A stretch of 63,814 bases of DNA, the filler included, from a bacterium (GTDB lineage: Bacteria; JAMORN01): the NCBI GenBank assembly GCA_027063545.1. It is 14 parts of 14 records of this genome, joined end to end, with 100 filler letters (N's around TTAATTAATTAA, not from the genome) between each part and the next. Parts side by side here need not be neighbours in the genome. Positions count along the whole stretch, not along the records: positions 9,590 to 14,267 come from JAMORN010000207.1; positions 14,368 to 19,026 come from JAMORN010000208.1; positions 19,127 to 23,760 come from JAMORN010000209.1; 11 more parts are not named here. One strand, given 5' to 3'. A program made the position numbers and the translations under genes. Shown here in pieces: positions 9,590-19,756 of the stretch; the stretch's first letter is position 1, and each line of letters begins with the position of its first letter. Under the pieces are notes generated by a model, which saw only the letters and a program-made list of their open reading frames with translations, did not search any database and was not told where the DNA came from.

Positions 9590-10840
9590 AAAAAGTATGG
9601 GATTTTAACAGAAGAGGAACAAAAGAAAATTGAGGAAGGACTTTTGAGTATTTTAGATGAAATAGATAGAGGAGAGTTTGTTTTTGATATCAAGGATGAA
9701 GATATTCATATGGCAATAGAAAAAAGATTAACAGAGTTAATAGGTGATGTGGGAAAAAAGCTTCATACTGGGCGTTCAAGAAATGATCAAGTTGCAATAG
9801 ATGTTAGGCTTTATTTAAAAAAGGAAATAAAAGAAGTTAAGAGATTAATAGTATCTCTTCTAAAAAGTTTTTATAATTTAGCAAAAAATAATATAAAAAC
9901 CTATCTACCTGGTTATACTCATCTTCAGCAGGCTCAGATAATAAGTTTTTCTCATTATATATTAAATTTCTTTTTTGCAATAAAAAGGGATTTAGAAAGG
10001 CTTATTGATTTAGAAAAAAGAGTTGATATAATGCCTTTGGGAAGTGGTGCAATTGCTGGTAATGCTTTTGAGATAGATAGGGAGTTTTTAAAAAACGAAC
10101 TGGGGTTTATGAATATTTCACCGAATAGTATTGATGCTATTTCAGATAGAGATTTTATTGCAGAGTTTATTTTTTTTGCTTCAGAGTTAATGATTCATAT
10201 TTCAAGACTTGCAGAGGATTTTATTATATATTCTACCAAGGAATTTAATTTTATTGAATTAGATGATGCTTATTCTACAGGTTCTTCAATGATGCCCCAA
10301 AAAAAGAATCCTGATTCTTTAGAGCTTATAAGGGGTAAAACTGCAAGGGTTATAGGAAACCTAATAACTATTTTAACCCTTCAAAAAGGATTACCGACAA
10401 GTTATAATAAGGATCTTCAGGAGGATAAAGAGCCTTTATTTGATACTATAGATACTATAAAGATAGTTTTAGAGGTATTAAAAAATGTTATTGATACTTT
10501 AAAGATAAAAAAAGAAAATATGTTAAAGGATATAGATTCTTTTATATATGCTACTGATTTAGCAGATTATTTAGTTAAAAAAGGTGTTCCTTTTAGAGAA
10601 GCGCATAAAATAATTGGTAATATCGTGGGTTATGCTGTTGATAATAATATAGATTTATGGGAAATACCAATAGAAAAGTATAAAGAATTCTCTCCTCTTT
10701 TTGAAGGAGATTTATATAGGATTTTTTCTCCAGAGGTTAGTACTTCATTAAGATCTATATTTGGAGGAACAGGGGAAAAATCTATAAAAAGGCAATTAGA
10801 AATTGCAGAGGAGTTTTTAAAAGGATTTGAGGGAGAGTAA
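9590..10840 (+). CDS. argH: Argininosuccinate lyase, 5' truncated
   Basis: HTGRSRNDQV, PGYTHLQQAQ and STGSSMMPQKKNPD; frame open from the contig start. Confidence 0.97.
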   Translation, partial: KKYGILTEEEQKKIEEGLLSILDEIDRGEFVFDIKDEDIHMAIEKRLTELIGDVGKKLHTGRSRNDQVAIDVRLYLKKEIKEVKRLIVSLLKSFYNLAKNNIKTYLPGYTHLQQAQIISFSHYILNFFFAIKRDLERLIDLEKRVDIMPLGSGAIAGNAFEIDREFLKNELGFMNISPNSIDAISDRDFIAEFIFFASELMIHISRLAEDFIIYSTKEFNFIELDDAYSTGSSMMPQKKNPDSLELIRGKTARVIGNLITILTLQKGLPTSYNKDLQEDKEPLFDTIDTIKIVLEVLKNVIDTLKIKKENMLKDIDSFIYATDLADYLVKKGVPFREAHKIIGNIVGYAVDNNIDLWEIPIEKYKEFSPLFEGDLYRIFSPEVSTSLRSIFGGTGEKSIKRQLEIAEEFLKGFEGE

Positions 10841-10846
10841 GGATAT

Positions 10847-11308
10847 ATGAGTTTTGTTATTAGAAAGGCAAAGATAAAGGATGTGCCAATAATTGTTGAT
10901 ATAGTAAATTTTTATGCAAGACAAAGACTAATGCTTCCATTATCTTTAAATAAAGTGTATGATTATCTTAGAGATTTTAGTGTTGTTGAGGAAGATGAAG
11001 AGATTGTAGGATGTGGAGCTTTACATATTTATTGGGAAGATCTAGCAGAGATTAGATCATTGGCTGTTAGAGAAGATAAAAAAGGTAAGGGTTACGGTAA
11101 AAAGATTGTAGAGTTTTTATTAAATGAGGCAAAGGAATTGGAAATAAAAAGGGTTTTTGCTTTAACCTATCAAGTCAATTTTTTTAAAAAATTAGGTTTT
11201 AAGGAGATAGATAAAAAATCATTACCCCAAAAGATCTGGCGGGATTGTTTGGATTGTCCTTTATTCCCTAATTGTGATGAAGTTGCTGTTATAAAAGAGG
11301 TGGAATAG
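10847..11308 (+). CDS. argA: Short GNAT N-acetylglutamate synthase
   Basis: LAEIRSLAV, GKGYGKKIV, VFALTY and KIWRDCLDCP; directly after argH. Confidence 0.85.
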   Translation: MSFVIRKAKIKDVPIIVDIVNFYARQRLMLPLSLNKVYDYLRDFSVVEEDEEIVGCGALHIYWEDLAEIRSLAVREDKKGKGYGKKIVEFLLNEAKELEIKRVFALTYQVNFFKKLGFKEIDKKSLPQKIWRDCLDCPLFPNCDEVAVIKEVE

Positions 11309-11309
11309 T

Positions 11310-12278
11310 ATGAGGGTGTTAATAATAGGTTCAGGCGCAATAGGGTTAGGGATAGGTGCATTCTTATTAAATTCTAAAGAAGCAGATGTTTCTTTTTTAG
11401 CAAGGGATAAAACCTATCAAGCGCTTAAGAATCAATTTAGGGTATATGGTATTTTGGGAGAATATGATTTTTATTATAGGGATTATTATGTGACGGATAA
11501 TTATTTTGATGAAAAATTAAATTATCAAGATTGGGTTTTAATAACAACCAAAACTTATGCTAATTTAGAGGTTAGAGATTTTTTAAAAGCAGCAAAGGAG
11601 AGTGGGTTTATTTTTGGAGATAATACTAAAATATTAATTATTCAGAATGGATGGGGCAATAGCGAGCTTTACAGAGATTTTTTTGGGGAAGATAGGGTTT
11701 TTACAGCAAGGATAATTACAGGTTTTGTTAGAGAATCTTTAAATCAGGTTAAGATTACTGTTCATGCAGACAAAATGCGTGTGGGAAATATTTTTAAGAA
11801 AGAATTATCTAAAGAAACAGAAAAAATCGTCTATTTATTAAATAAAGGTGGTTTTGATGTAGTAGTCGATAACGATGTAGATAAATACCTGTGGGCAAAA
11901 CTACATTATAATATAGCATTAAATCCATTAAGTGCGCTTTTTAAGGTGCCTTATGGGTATTTGGCGGAAACTGAATATACAAGGGAGTTAATGAATAATT
12001 TAATAAGGGAAAGTTTTAAGGTTATGGAAAGTTTTGGTTTTTCTACATTTTGGGATTATGGAGATTTTTTAAAGGAGTTTTATGAGAAGATGGTTCCAGT
12101 GACATATGATCATTTATCTTCAATGCTGCAGGATATAGAGGCGAAAAAACCAACAGAGATAGATTCTTTTTGTGGAGTAATTATTAAAATGGGTGAGGAA
12201 AAAGGGATTGATGTTAGGTATAATAGAATAATTTATAACCAGATAAAATTTTTAGAATGGAAAAATAGGGGAGTTTAA
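11310..12278 (+). CDS. panE: 2-dehydropantoate 2-reductase
   Basis: IIGSGAIG, TTKTY, IQNGWG, WAKLHYNIALN and SSMLQD..TEID. Confidence 0.9.
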   Translation: MRVLIIGSGAIGLGIGAFLLNSKEADVSFLARDKTYQALKNQFRVYGILGEYDFYYRDYYVTDNYFDEKLNYQDWVLITTKTYANLEVRDFLKAAKESGFIFGDNTKILIIQNGWGNSELYRDFFGEDRVFTARIITGFVRESLNQVKITVHADKMRVGNIFKKELSKETEKIVYLLNKGGFDVVVDNDVDKYLWAKLHYNIALNPLSALFKVPYGYLAETEYTRELMNNLIRESFKVMESFGFSTFWDYGDFLKEFYEKMVPVTYDHLSSMLQDIEAKKPTEIDSFCGVIIKMGEEKGIDVRYNRIIYNQIKFLEWKNRGV

Positions 12279-12282
12279 AGCT

Positions 12283-13398
12283 ATGATAAAACTTAGTTTT
12301 TTAGAGGGTAAAAATATTCTGGTTACAGGAGGAGCAGGTTTTATAGGAAGTAATTTTATAAGATTTATTTTAAATAATTATAAAGATGTAGAATTTAGAT
12401 TATATAATCTAGATGTTTTAACTTATGCTGGAAATCTTTCTAATTTAATAGATATACATGATGATTCTCGCTATTATTTTATATATGGCGATATTGCCAA
12501 TGAAGATTTTATTTATCAGGTAATAGGGGATTTAAAGATTGATGTTATTATAAATTTTGCTGCGGAAAGTCATGTTGATAGATCAATTCTTTCGCCCCAT
12601 GATTTTATAAGAACAAATGTATATGGAACTTTTACACTTCTTGATGTAGCAAGAAAGCTATGGAAAGAAGAGGATAGAGAAGAGAAACTTTTTTTACATA
12701 TATCAACAGATGAGGTATTTGGAGATTTAGAGATAGATGATCCTCCATTTACCGAGACTACTCCTTATAAACCTTCAAGCCCATATTCGGCTTCTAAGGC
12801 CTCTTCAGATCATTTTGTTAGAGCTTATGGTAGGACATATAAACTTCCTATTAATATAACAAATTGTTCTAATAATTATGGTCCTTATCAATTTCCAGAA
12901 AAACTAATCCCAACAGTTATATCAAAAATATTAAAGGATGAATATATTCCTATTTATGGAACAGGTGAGAATATAAGGGATTGGATATATGTAGATGACC
13001 ATAATAGAGGGGTTTTATATGTTATTGAAAAAGGGGTAAGAGGTCAATCTTATAATATAGGAGCAAGAAATGAGAAAACAAATTTAGAAATAGTTCATAA
13101 AATTTGTGATATAATGGATGAAAAATTAAACAGAGAAATAGGAACAAGTAGAAAACTCATAAGATTTGTTAATGATAGACCAGGTCATGACAAAAGATAT
13201 GCTATGGATCCAACAAAAATAGAAACTACTTTAGGTTGGATGGTAGGGGTTGATTTTGAAAATGGGATAAGAAAAACAATAGATTGGTATTTATCTAATC
13301 AAAAATGGATAGATGATATTTTAACTGGTAATTATAAAGAAAAAAATAATAAAATATTAGAGGAATTATATGAAAAGGGTCGTTGTATTAGGTTCTAA
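12283..13398 (+). CDS. rfbB: dTDP-glucose 4,6-dehydratase
   Basis: VTGGAGFIGS, FAAESHVDRS, ISTDEV, YSASK and DRPGHD. Confidence 0.97.
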   Translation: MIKLSFLEGKNILVTGGAGFIGSNFIRFILNNYKDVEFRLYNLDVLTYAGNLSNLIDIHDDSRYYFIYGDIANEDFIYQVIGDLKIDVIINFAAESHVDRSILSPHDFIRTNVYGTFTLLDVARKLWKEEDREEKLFLHISTDEVFGDLEIDDPPFTETTPYKPSSPYSASKASSDHFVRAYGRTYKLPINITNCSNNYGPYQFPEKLIPTVISKILKDEYIPIYGTGENIRDWIYVDDHNRGVLYVIEKGVRGQSYNIGARNEKTNLEIVHKICDIMDEKLNREIGTSRKLIRFVNDRPGHDKRYAMDPTKIETTLGWMVGVDFENGIRKTIDWYLSNQKWIDDILTGNYKEKNNKILEELYEKGRCIRF

Positions 13399-14267
13399 TG
13401 GAATGCTAGGAAGAGATGTGGTAAGGGTCTTAGAGGAGAAAGGAAATAATTTAGAGGTTTTTAAAGCGACAAGACATGATATTGATTTTTTAGATAAAGC
13501 CAGTGTTGAGAATTTTTTTAAGAAGTATGATTTTAATTATATAGTAAATTGTATTGCTTATACAGATGTAGAAAAGGCGGAAGAGGAATATGATTTAGCA
13601 TATAAGGTAAATACTGTTGGACCTTCATATCTTGCTCAAATCTGTCAGAGTTTAGGAGGAAATAAAAAATTAATTCATATTTCTACAGATTATGTGTTTG
13701 GTGGAGAGTATAAAGAAGGAGGGTATAGAGAAACAGACTCACCTAATCCAATAAATGCCTATGGAAGAACTAAATATCTAGGAGAAATGAATATAATAAA
13801 TGTAATGGAGGATAACTATTATATAATAAGAACTTCATGGCTTTTTGGTAATAATAGAAAAAATTTTGTTAGAACAATTATTAAATTAGCAATGCAGGGA
13901 GAAGAGTTGAAAATAGTAAATGATCAAATAGGAAGCCCAACTTATACTATGGATTTGGCAAATGTAATATTGAAATTTATAGAAAATGAGGATTTGCCTT
14001 TTGGGATATATCACTACTCTGGCGAGGGTGAAACAAGTTGGTGGGAGTTTGCTAAAGAAATTGTTGAACTTTCAAGAGAAAAATTTAATAATATAAAGAC
14101 GAAGATAATATTAGGCGTCCCAACCGAGAGTTTTAATTTTAAGGCTAAAAGGCCTAGATATTCATATTTATCAAAAGAGAAAATAAAGTCTATTTTAGGT
14201 GATAATATTGTGAAAAAATGGCAGGATTCATTGAGGGAATATTTAAATGATATTCAATTTTATATAT
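13370..14267 (+). CDS. rfbD: dTDP-4-dehydrorhamnose reductase (stop lost at contig end)
   Basis: GSNGMLG, AYTDVEKAE, ISTDYVF, YGRTK and DQIGSPT. Confidence 0.95.
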
Positions 14268-14367
14268 NNNNNNNNNNNNNNNNNNNNNNNNNNNNNNNNN
14301 NNNNNNNNNNNTTAATTAATTAANNNNNNNNNNNNNNNNNNNNNNNNNNNNNNNNNNNNNNNNNNNN

Positions 14368-14480
14368 TCTGTATCTTCTTTTATAGCATTATATATTGCT
14401 TTTGCAGTTTTTTTTGATACCTCTTTTTCAGAGCTTGAACCACCTCCTAAAACTAAAACTTTTATATCTTTTAAATCCAT
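14368..14480 (-). CDS. ddl: D-alanine-D-alanine ligase, N-terminal fragment
   Basis: Not in the ORF track: MDLKDIKVLVLGGGSSSEKEVSKKTAKAIYNAI. Confidence 0.8.
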
Positions 14481-14482
14481 TT

Positions 14483-15955
14483 TTAATCTACCTCTATTTT
14501 ATAATACTCTTTTAATATAATTTTAAGTCTCTTTAAAATTTCATCCTTTCCAAATATTAAAATTACCTCAACTAAATCAGGGCCATGTTCCTCTAACGTA
14601 GTTGCCACTCTTATTGGCATATATAAAAATTTACCTTTAATTTTATTTTCCTTTTGAATCTCTTTTATCTTAGCAAATACTCCTTCTTTTGTCCATTCAG
14701 CATCCTTTAATTTTTTGTAAAACTCCTCTATAACAATCTTTGAACTCTCCCAATCTAAAACCTCTTTTAATTTATCATTTAATTGTGTTATATCAAATTC
14801 TTTAAAAAATACCTCAAGATATTTTACAATCTCTTCTCCAAAAGAAACCCCATCTCTTACCAGTAAAATCATCTTTTCAACTTTTTTTCTATCAGATAAG
14901 TCCCAACCTGTTTTTTCTAAAAATGGCCAAACAAACTCTATAAATTCTCTATCAGATAATTTCTTTAAATATTCTTGATTTATCCAATTTAATTTTGTAA
15001 AATCAAATACTGCTGCTGCTGAAGAAATTCTATCTATTTCTACCTCTTTTATAAGTCTCTCTTTTGAAAGTATTTCTTCTCCTGTTGGAGAACTCCAACC
15101 TAAAAGGGATAAATAATTAAATAAAGCCTCTGGTAGGTAGCCTTTTTCTTTTGCTCTTTTTACAGACACTGCACCATGTCTTTTTGATAATTTAGATCTA
15201 TCAGGACCTAAAATCATTGGTATATGAGCAAACTCTGGTATTTTAACTTTATCTTCTCCTAAAATCTTTGATAAAGCCTCATATACAAGGATTTGTTTTG
15301 GAGTATTTGCTAAATGATCATCTCCTCTTATAACTAAATCTATTTTCATTCTAAAATCATCAATAACAACAGCAAAGTTATAGGTAGGAGAGCCATCGCT
15401 TCTTAAAATTATAAAATCGCTAATATTTTTTGTTTCAAAAACAACATCACCTTTAATTTTATCATTAAACCTTACTTCTCCTTCCCTAACAAAAAATCTT
15501 AAAACAGGTTTTCTCCCTTGTTCTCTTAATTTTTGCTTTTCTTCTTCAGAAAGATAAAGACATTTTCTATCATAAATTGGAGGTCTTCCCTCTTCTAAAG
15601 CCTTTTTCTTTCTCTTTTCAAGTTCTTCCTCTGTACAAAAACACTCATAAGCAAAGCCATTTTCTTTTAAAAGAGAAGCATACTTTTGATATATATCAAA
15701 ACTTTCACTTTGTCTATATGGATGAAAAGGTCCACCTATATCAGGGCCTTCATCCCAATCTATTCCTAACCATTTTAAAGCTTCATAAATACCCTTTTCT
15801 GCTTCTGGGTCATTTCTATCCTTATCTGTATCCTCAATTCTTAAAATAAACTTCCCATCTTCAGTTTTTCTTGCAACTATCCAATTCAATATTGCTGTTC
15901 TTGCATTACCAAAGTGTAAATCCCCTGTGGGAGAAGGTGCAAATCTAACCCTCAT
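14483..15955 (-). CDS. gltX: Glutamate-tRNA ligase
   Basis: RFAPSPTG, HFGN (HIGH-like), LRIEDTD and KLSKR. Confidence 0.97.
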   Translation of the reverse strand: MRVRFAPSPTGDLHFGNARTAILNWIVARKTEDGKFILRIEDTDKDRNDPEAEKGIYEALKWLGIDWDEGPDIGGPFHPYRQSESFDIYQKYASLLKENGFAYECFCTEEELEKRKKKALEEGRPPIYDRKCLYLSEEEKQKLREQGRKPVLRFFVREGEVRFNDKIKGDVVFETKNISDFIILRSDGSPTYNFAVVIDDFRMKIDLVIRGDDHLANTPKQILVYEALSKILGEDKVKIPEFAHIPMILGPDRSKLSKRHGAVSVKRAKEKGYLPEALFNYLSLLGWSSPTGEEILSKERLIKEVEIDRISSAAAVFDFTKLNWINQEYLKKLSDREFIEFVWPFLEKTGWDLSDRKKVEKMILLVRDGVSFGEEIVKYLEVFFKEFDITQLNDKLKEVLDWESSKIVIEEFYKKLKDAEWTKEGVFAKIKEIQKENKIKGKFLYMPIRVATTLEEHGPDLVEVILIFGKDEILKRLKIILKEYYKIEVD

Positions 15956-17376
15956 TATTTATATCCTCCTATTGTATATTTTAACTCAATTCCTATATCT
16001 ATTCCTTTATGATCAATATTTCCTCCATTTTCTTTTTCTGGACCTTCCCATAATTCATTTATAGATAAATTTCTTTGTGTTTTTCCTGTGGTTTCATTGG
16101 TCCATTCATAATAATAAATACCATATTTTTTATCTAGTAATGTATATTGTGTAGAAGACATATTACCTTCTAAATTTATTGCTCTTATCCAAAAGTATCC
16201 AACAGATAAAGCTATACCAATATTTGCCAGATGAAATTCATATCCAGATTCTACATTAAAACCATTATTAAATCCTGAAAAATCTACAGTTAAATTTTGA
16301 GGATTACCTTCAGAATCTATATAATCATATATAAAACTTAATAAGCTAAGTCCTCCTAAATACGAAAATTTAAAAAATAAAGTATTTTTACCAGGAACAA
16401 CATCAAATCTTAACCCTAAATTTAAAAGTCCTATATTTTCTTTTATACTTAAACTATCAACTAAACTATATTTCACATTTGCTATATTACTAGTAAAATA
16501 TCCACCTACATCTATTGCAAATACTTTAGATAAATAGAATAATATCCCAATACCTCCAATCCCTTTGATTAAAGGATAATTATATAAAGGATATTGTAAA
16601 GTTATTGTTTCATACTCTGTTGCTCCTGTATTTTCATTTAAATAATTAAAATAAAAAGAAAGGACAGAACTATCAGTTTCTCCATCAGGATATAAAATAT
16701 TTGATTTTAGATCTGGAAATCTTTTAGTAGAAATATAAATACTAAAATATTTTCTATACTCTTTAGGTTTTTCTTCTTTTGAAATAATTTTTATAGTATC
16801 TTTTTTAGGAGGATTTTGACTTATCTTATATTTTTCTAAAATACTTTCATCAAGTAAAGGTTTTCCAAGAAGTTCTCTTGTCATGTTCTTTATAATTAAA
16901 ATAAGTCCTTCCATTTTACCTTCAAATTCTCTATTGGTAATTTTCACTATCTTTCCTGTTTCTACATCAACTAATTTTAAACTTGCCACATATAAATTCC
17001 CTAACTTTTCTACTTTTCCAAAAATCATATATTGAACTCCTAAAAGTTGCCCCATCTCAACTGCACAATGTTCATCTGTACAACCAGCTGCCTGTTGAAA
17101 ACCTTGTTCTTTTAAGATAGCTTCCATATTAGATCTTTCTAAAAGCTCATAGTCATTAAATTTTAAGATTTCTCCCATAACAATATTTGTTAAAGCAGAA
17201 AGCCCAGATTCATCAATACCTTTACCTTGTAAGTCTAAAACTGCAATTGTCTTTTTTTGTATCCTTTGGATTTCTTGATTAGTACTATCATTTTGTATAA
17301 TTTGAGCATTTATAGAATTGTAAATAAAAATCATACCTATTATACTAAAATACATTACTCTCAGAATTTTTTTCAT
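15955..17376 (-). CDS. CsgG/HfaB/TolB_N-like domain protein with a C-terminal beta-rich (barrel-like) domain
   Basis: Signal peptide; IAVLDL..LLERSNMEAILKEQGFQQ..CTDEHCAVEMGQLLGV..LVDVETGKI; amphipathic strands ending IDIGIELKYTIGGYK. Confidence 0.7.
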   Translation of the reverse strand: MKKILRVMYFSIIGMIFIYNSINAQIIQNDSTNQEIQRIQKKTIAVLDLQGKGIDESGLSALTNIVMGEILKFNDYELLERSNMEAILKEQGFQQAAGCTDEHCAVEMGQLLGVQYMIFGKVEKLGNLYVASLKLVDVETGKIVKITNREFEGKMEGLILIIKNMTRELLGKPLLDESILEKYKISQNPPKKDTIKIISKEEKPKEYRKYFSIYISTKRFPDLKSNILYPDGETDSSVLSFYFNYLNENTGATEYETITLQYPLYNYPLIKGIGGIGILFYLSKVFAIDVGGYFTSNIANVKYSLVDSLSIKENIGLLNLGLRFDVVPGKNTLFFKFSYLGGLSLLSFIYDYIDSEGNPQNLTVDFSGFNNGFNVESGYEFHLANIGIALSVGYFWIRAINLEGNMSSTQYTLLDKKYGIYYYEWTNETTGKTQRNLSINELWEGPEKENGGNIDHKGIDIGIELKYTIGGYK

Positions 17377-17454
17377 ATTAGCCCTCCTTTTAAATATTTT
17401 TACCAGTTATAAAAATACAAAATATTTAATATTACAACAATATAATAAGTTAAT

Positions 17455-18600
17455 TTATCTTATATCTTTACAACACCGAAAACCAACAGTAGAATATTTA
17501 TTCTCTGGGAAATAACTTCTTTTTCCAAATCTACATGTGGCAATAGAAGCTGACCTAAAATTTCCCCCGAAAGCTCTAAAACTACCATCTCTTGTTATTA
17601 CCCATTCTGAGAGATTTCCAATCATATCATAAGCACCCCAAAAACTTCTACACTCTTTAAACTGTCCAGATTTTGATATCATAAAAGTCTGGGTATTACA
17701 TTTTCTAAAATTATATCCTCCCTTATATCCATATTTATAATGCTCTATTCCTTCGCAAGCAGATATCCATTCATCTTCATAACAAAGACGTTTTCCCACA
17801 GACGCACATAAATCCATTGCCTCATATAAAGAAATAAAACCTTTAGGTTCTTCTCCTTCTTTATTTGGCCATTCATATTTATCAATACATATTTTTTTAT
17901 CCTCAACATAAACCATTTCATTAGGGCATGGATTATATAAAGATATGTAATATTTATATGTTATTGTATCTGATGAATTATTTACACTATCAATAGCAAA
18001 GAATATAATTGTACTATTAGTATCAATGGTTATTCTTTCGTATTCATATTGTTTAAAAGTTAATTCTTTAGGAATATGAAATCCTTTTAATAATAAATAA
18101 AATATTTTTGTCTTTTTTTCTATTGTTAGAATCTTAATATTAACTTTTTTATAATACATTCCCTCAGGCGGAATAATGTATACATAAGGGCCTATTGTAT
18201 CCTTTAATATTATATCTGTATCAATTTTTATTGTGTCTAGCATTTTGTTTATATGTATCTTACTGGTATCTTTATAAATATTTATACTATCCTTCTTTTT
18301 TGACTTTTTAATATTTGGCTCAAATTTCTTACTTTTTTTTAATTTCTTCTTTAAATTTTTCTCATCTATATTTTTTTTCCTAAAAATCAAACTATCAACT
18401 CGTTTTTTATCATCTTTATAACTATAATCTTTTTTTCTTTTATCTATTTCTATTGTGTCCTTTAATATACTTTCTATTTTTTTATTATCTCCATTTTTAT
18501 TGCATCTTCTCAAAACAAAAGATATAAATAAAATGATAAATAGTATAATAAATATCCATGTAATCTTTGGTAATTTATCTTTAGAGTTCTTATTTGCCAT
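17455..18600 (-). CDS. Membrane-anchored SUMF1/FGE-sulfatase domain protein
   Basis: N-terminal TM, Lys-rich stalk, Fn3-like domain (PPEGMY..FFAIDSVNN), then CIDKYEWPN, GKRLC..EW, DMIGNLSEW and VGFRCC. Confidence 0.8.
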   Translation of the reverse strand: MANKNSKDKLPKITWIFIILFIILFISFVLRRCNKNGDNKKIESILKDTIEIDKRKKDYSYKDDKKRVDSLIFRKKNIDEKNLKKKLKKSKKFEPNIKKSKKKDSINIYKDTSKIHINKMLDTIKIDTDIILKDTIGPYVYIIPPEGMYYKKVNIKILTIEKKTKIFYLLLKGFHIPKELTFKQYEYERITIDTNSTIIFFAIDSVNNSSDTITYKYYISLYNPCPNEMVYVEDKKICIDKYEWPNKEGEEPKGFISLYEAMDLCASVGKRLCYEDEWISACEGIEHYKYGYKGGYNFRKCNTQTFMISKSGQFKECRSFWGAYDMIGNLSEWVITRDGSFRAFGGNFRSASIATCRFGKRSYFPENKYSTVGFRCCKDIR

Positions 18601-18617
18601 ATTATCTATTCCCCGTA

Positions 18618-19026
18618 CTATCTTCCAATAAAGGTTAACATAGTCCCCATCATAACTAAAATACCTGCTATTAACTTATATTTTACAAAACTTTTTTCTT
18701 TTAATATAAAATAGGAATATACTATGCCAAATACCAATGAGATTCTAAAAACTGTAAAAACTATAATAGTATTTCCTTTAGCTAAAGCTGTATACCAAGA
18801 CATCGTTGCTATAAATGAAATAAACACAGGGACAATAAATTTAAATAAAGAAATTTTTTTTCTTTTTATATATAATACCTTTATCGTTTTGGGTCTAAAA
18901 ATAAACAAAAAAACTACACCAAACAAAAACAATAAAAAAGAATATCCATACATATTATCAAGATAAAGCATAGCTTTTTTTGAAAGAATAGCGCTTAATG
19001 ATACTGTAATACTTGATAAAATTCCA
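18618..19026 (-). CDS. EamA/DMT family transporter, 5' truncated
   Basis: Hydrophobic helices and the motif WYTAL..FILKEK..KLIAGILVMMG; frame open to the contig end. Confidence 0.75.
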
Positions 19027-19128
19027 NNNNNNNNNNNNNNNNNNNNNNNNNNNNNNNNNNNNNNNNNNNNTTAATTAATTAANNNNNNNNNNNNNNNNNN
19101 NNNNNNNNNNNNNNNNNNNNNNNNNNTA

Positions 19129-19722
19129 AAGGAGAATAAGCCTATTACATACGGATATCTACCTTTAGGCTCTTGGCTATTTGTCAATGATATAAAGAAA
19201 GTTTTAGATATTTCTATATCTGAAGCAAATAAAATATTGAAAAAATATAATAATATAGATTCTCCAGAAAGCTTAGAAACTATTCAATATACTAAAAAAA
19301 GTGGAGAAGTATCTGAAATTGAATATAAAATGATAAGAGATATAATTTATTCCAGACTTAAATATAACTTTGATTATATAAAAAAAGAATTTTTTAACAA
19401 AAATACTCTACAAAAATTGTCTATTAGTGATTTAGATAGCGGAATTGTACTAGTTGGTGGTGGTAGTAAGCTAAAATTTATAGATAACTTATTATCTAGT
19501 ATTACAAAAACAAATGTGAGAATAGGAGAAGTGGAAGGCTTAAAAGGGTATGAAGAATTTTTAAAAGATCCACAATTTGCCAATGTATTTGGCGTATTAA
19601 AATTGGCTTCAAAAAACGATTCATTTAAAATAGAAAAAAAGAAGTCTGATGATGTAAAAATTGATATGCGATTGAAATCAATTTTAGATTGGATTAATAA
19701 ATACTTTAGAGAAATATTTTAA
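19129..19722 (+). CDS. ftsA: Cell division protein FtsA, C-terminal part (divergent)
   Basis: GIVLVGGGSKL, VRIG, DPQFANVFG and a C-terminal amphipathic helix; directly upstream of ftsZ. Confidence 0.85.
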   Translation, partial: KENKPITYGYLPLGSWLFVNDIKKVLDISISEANKILKKYNNIDSPESLETIQYTKKSGEVSEIEYKMIRDIIYSRLKYNFDYIKKEFFNKNTLQKLSISDLDSGIVLVGGGSKLKFIDNLLSSITKTNVRIGEVEGLKGYEEFLKDPQFANVFGVLKLASKNDSFKIEKKKSDDVKIDMRLKSILDWINKYFREIF

Positions 19723-19756
19723 AAAAAATTATATTTTGTAAATAAGGAGGTAAATT

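Noticed and set aside
9590-11308. argH next to a short GNAT argA
   Set aside because: A well-known arrangement; not novel.
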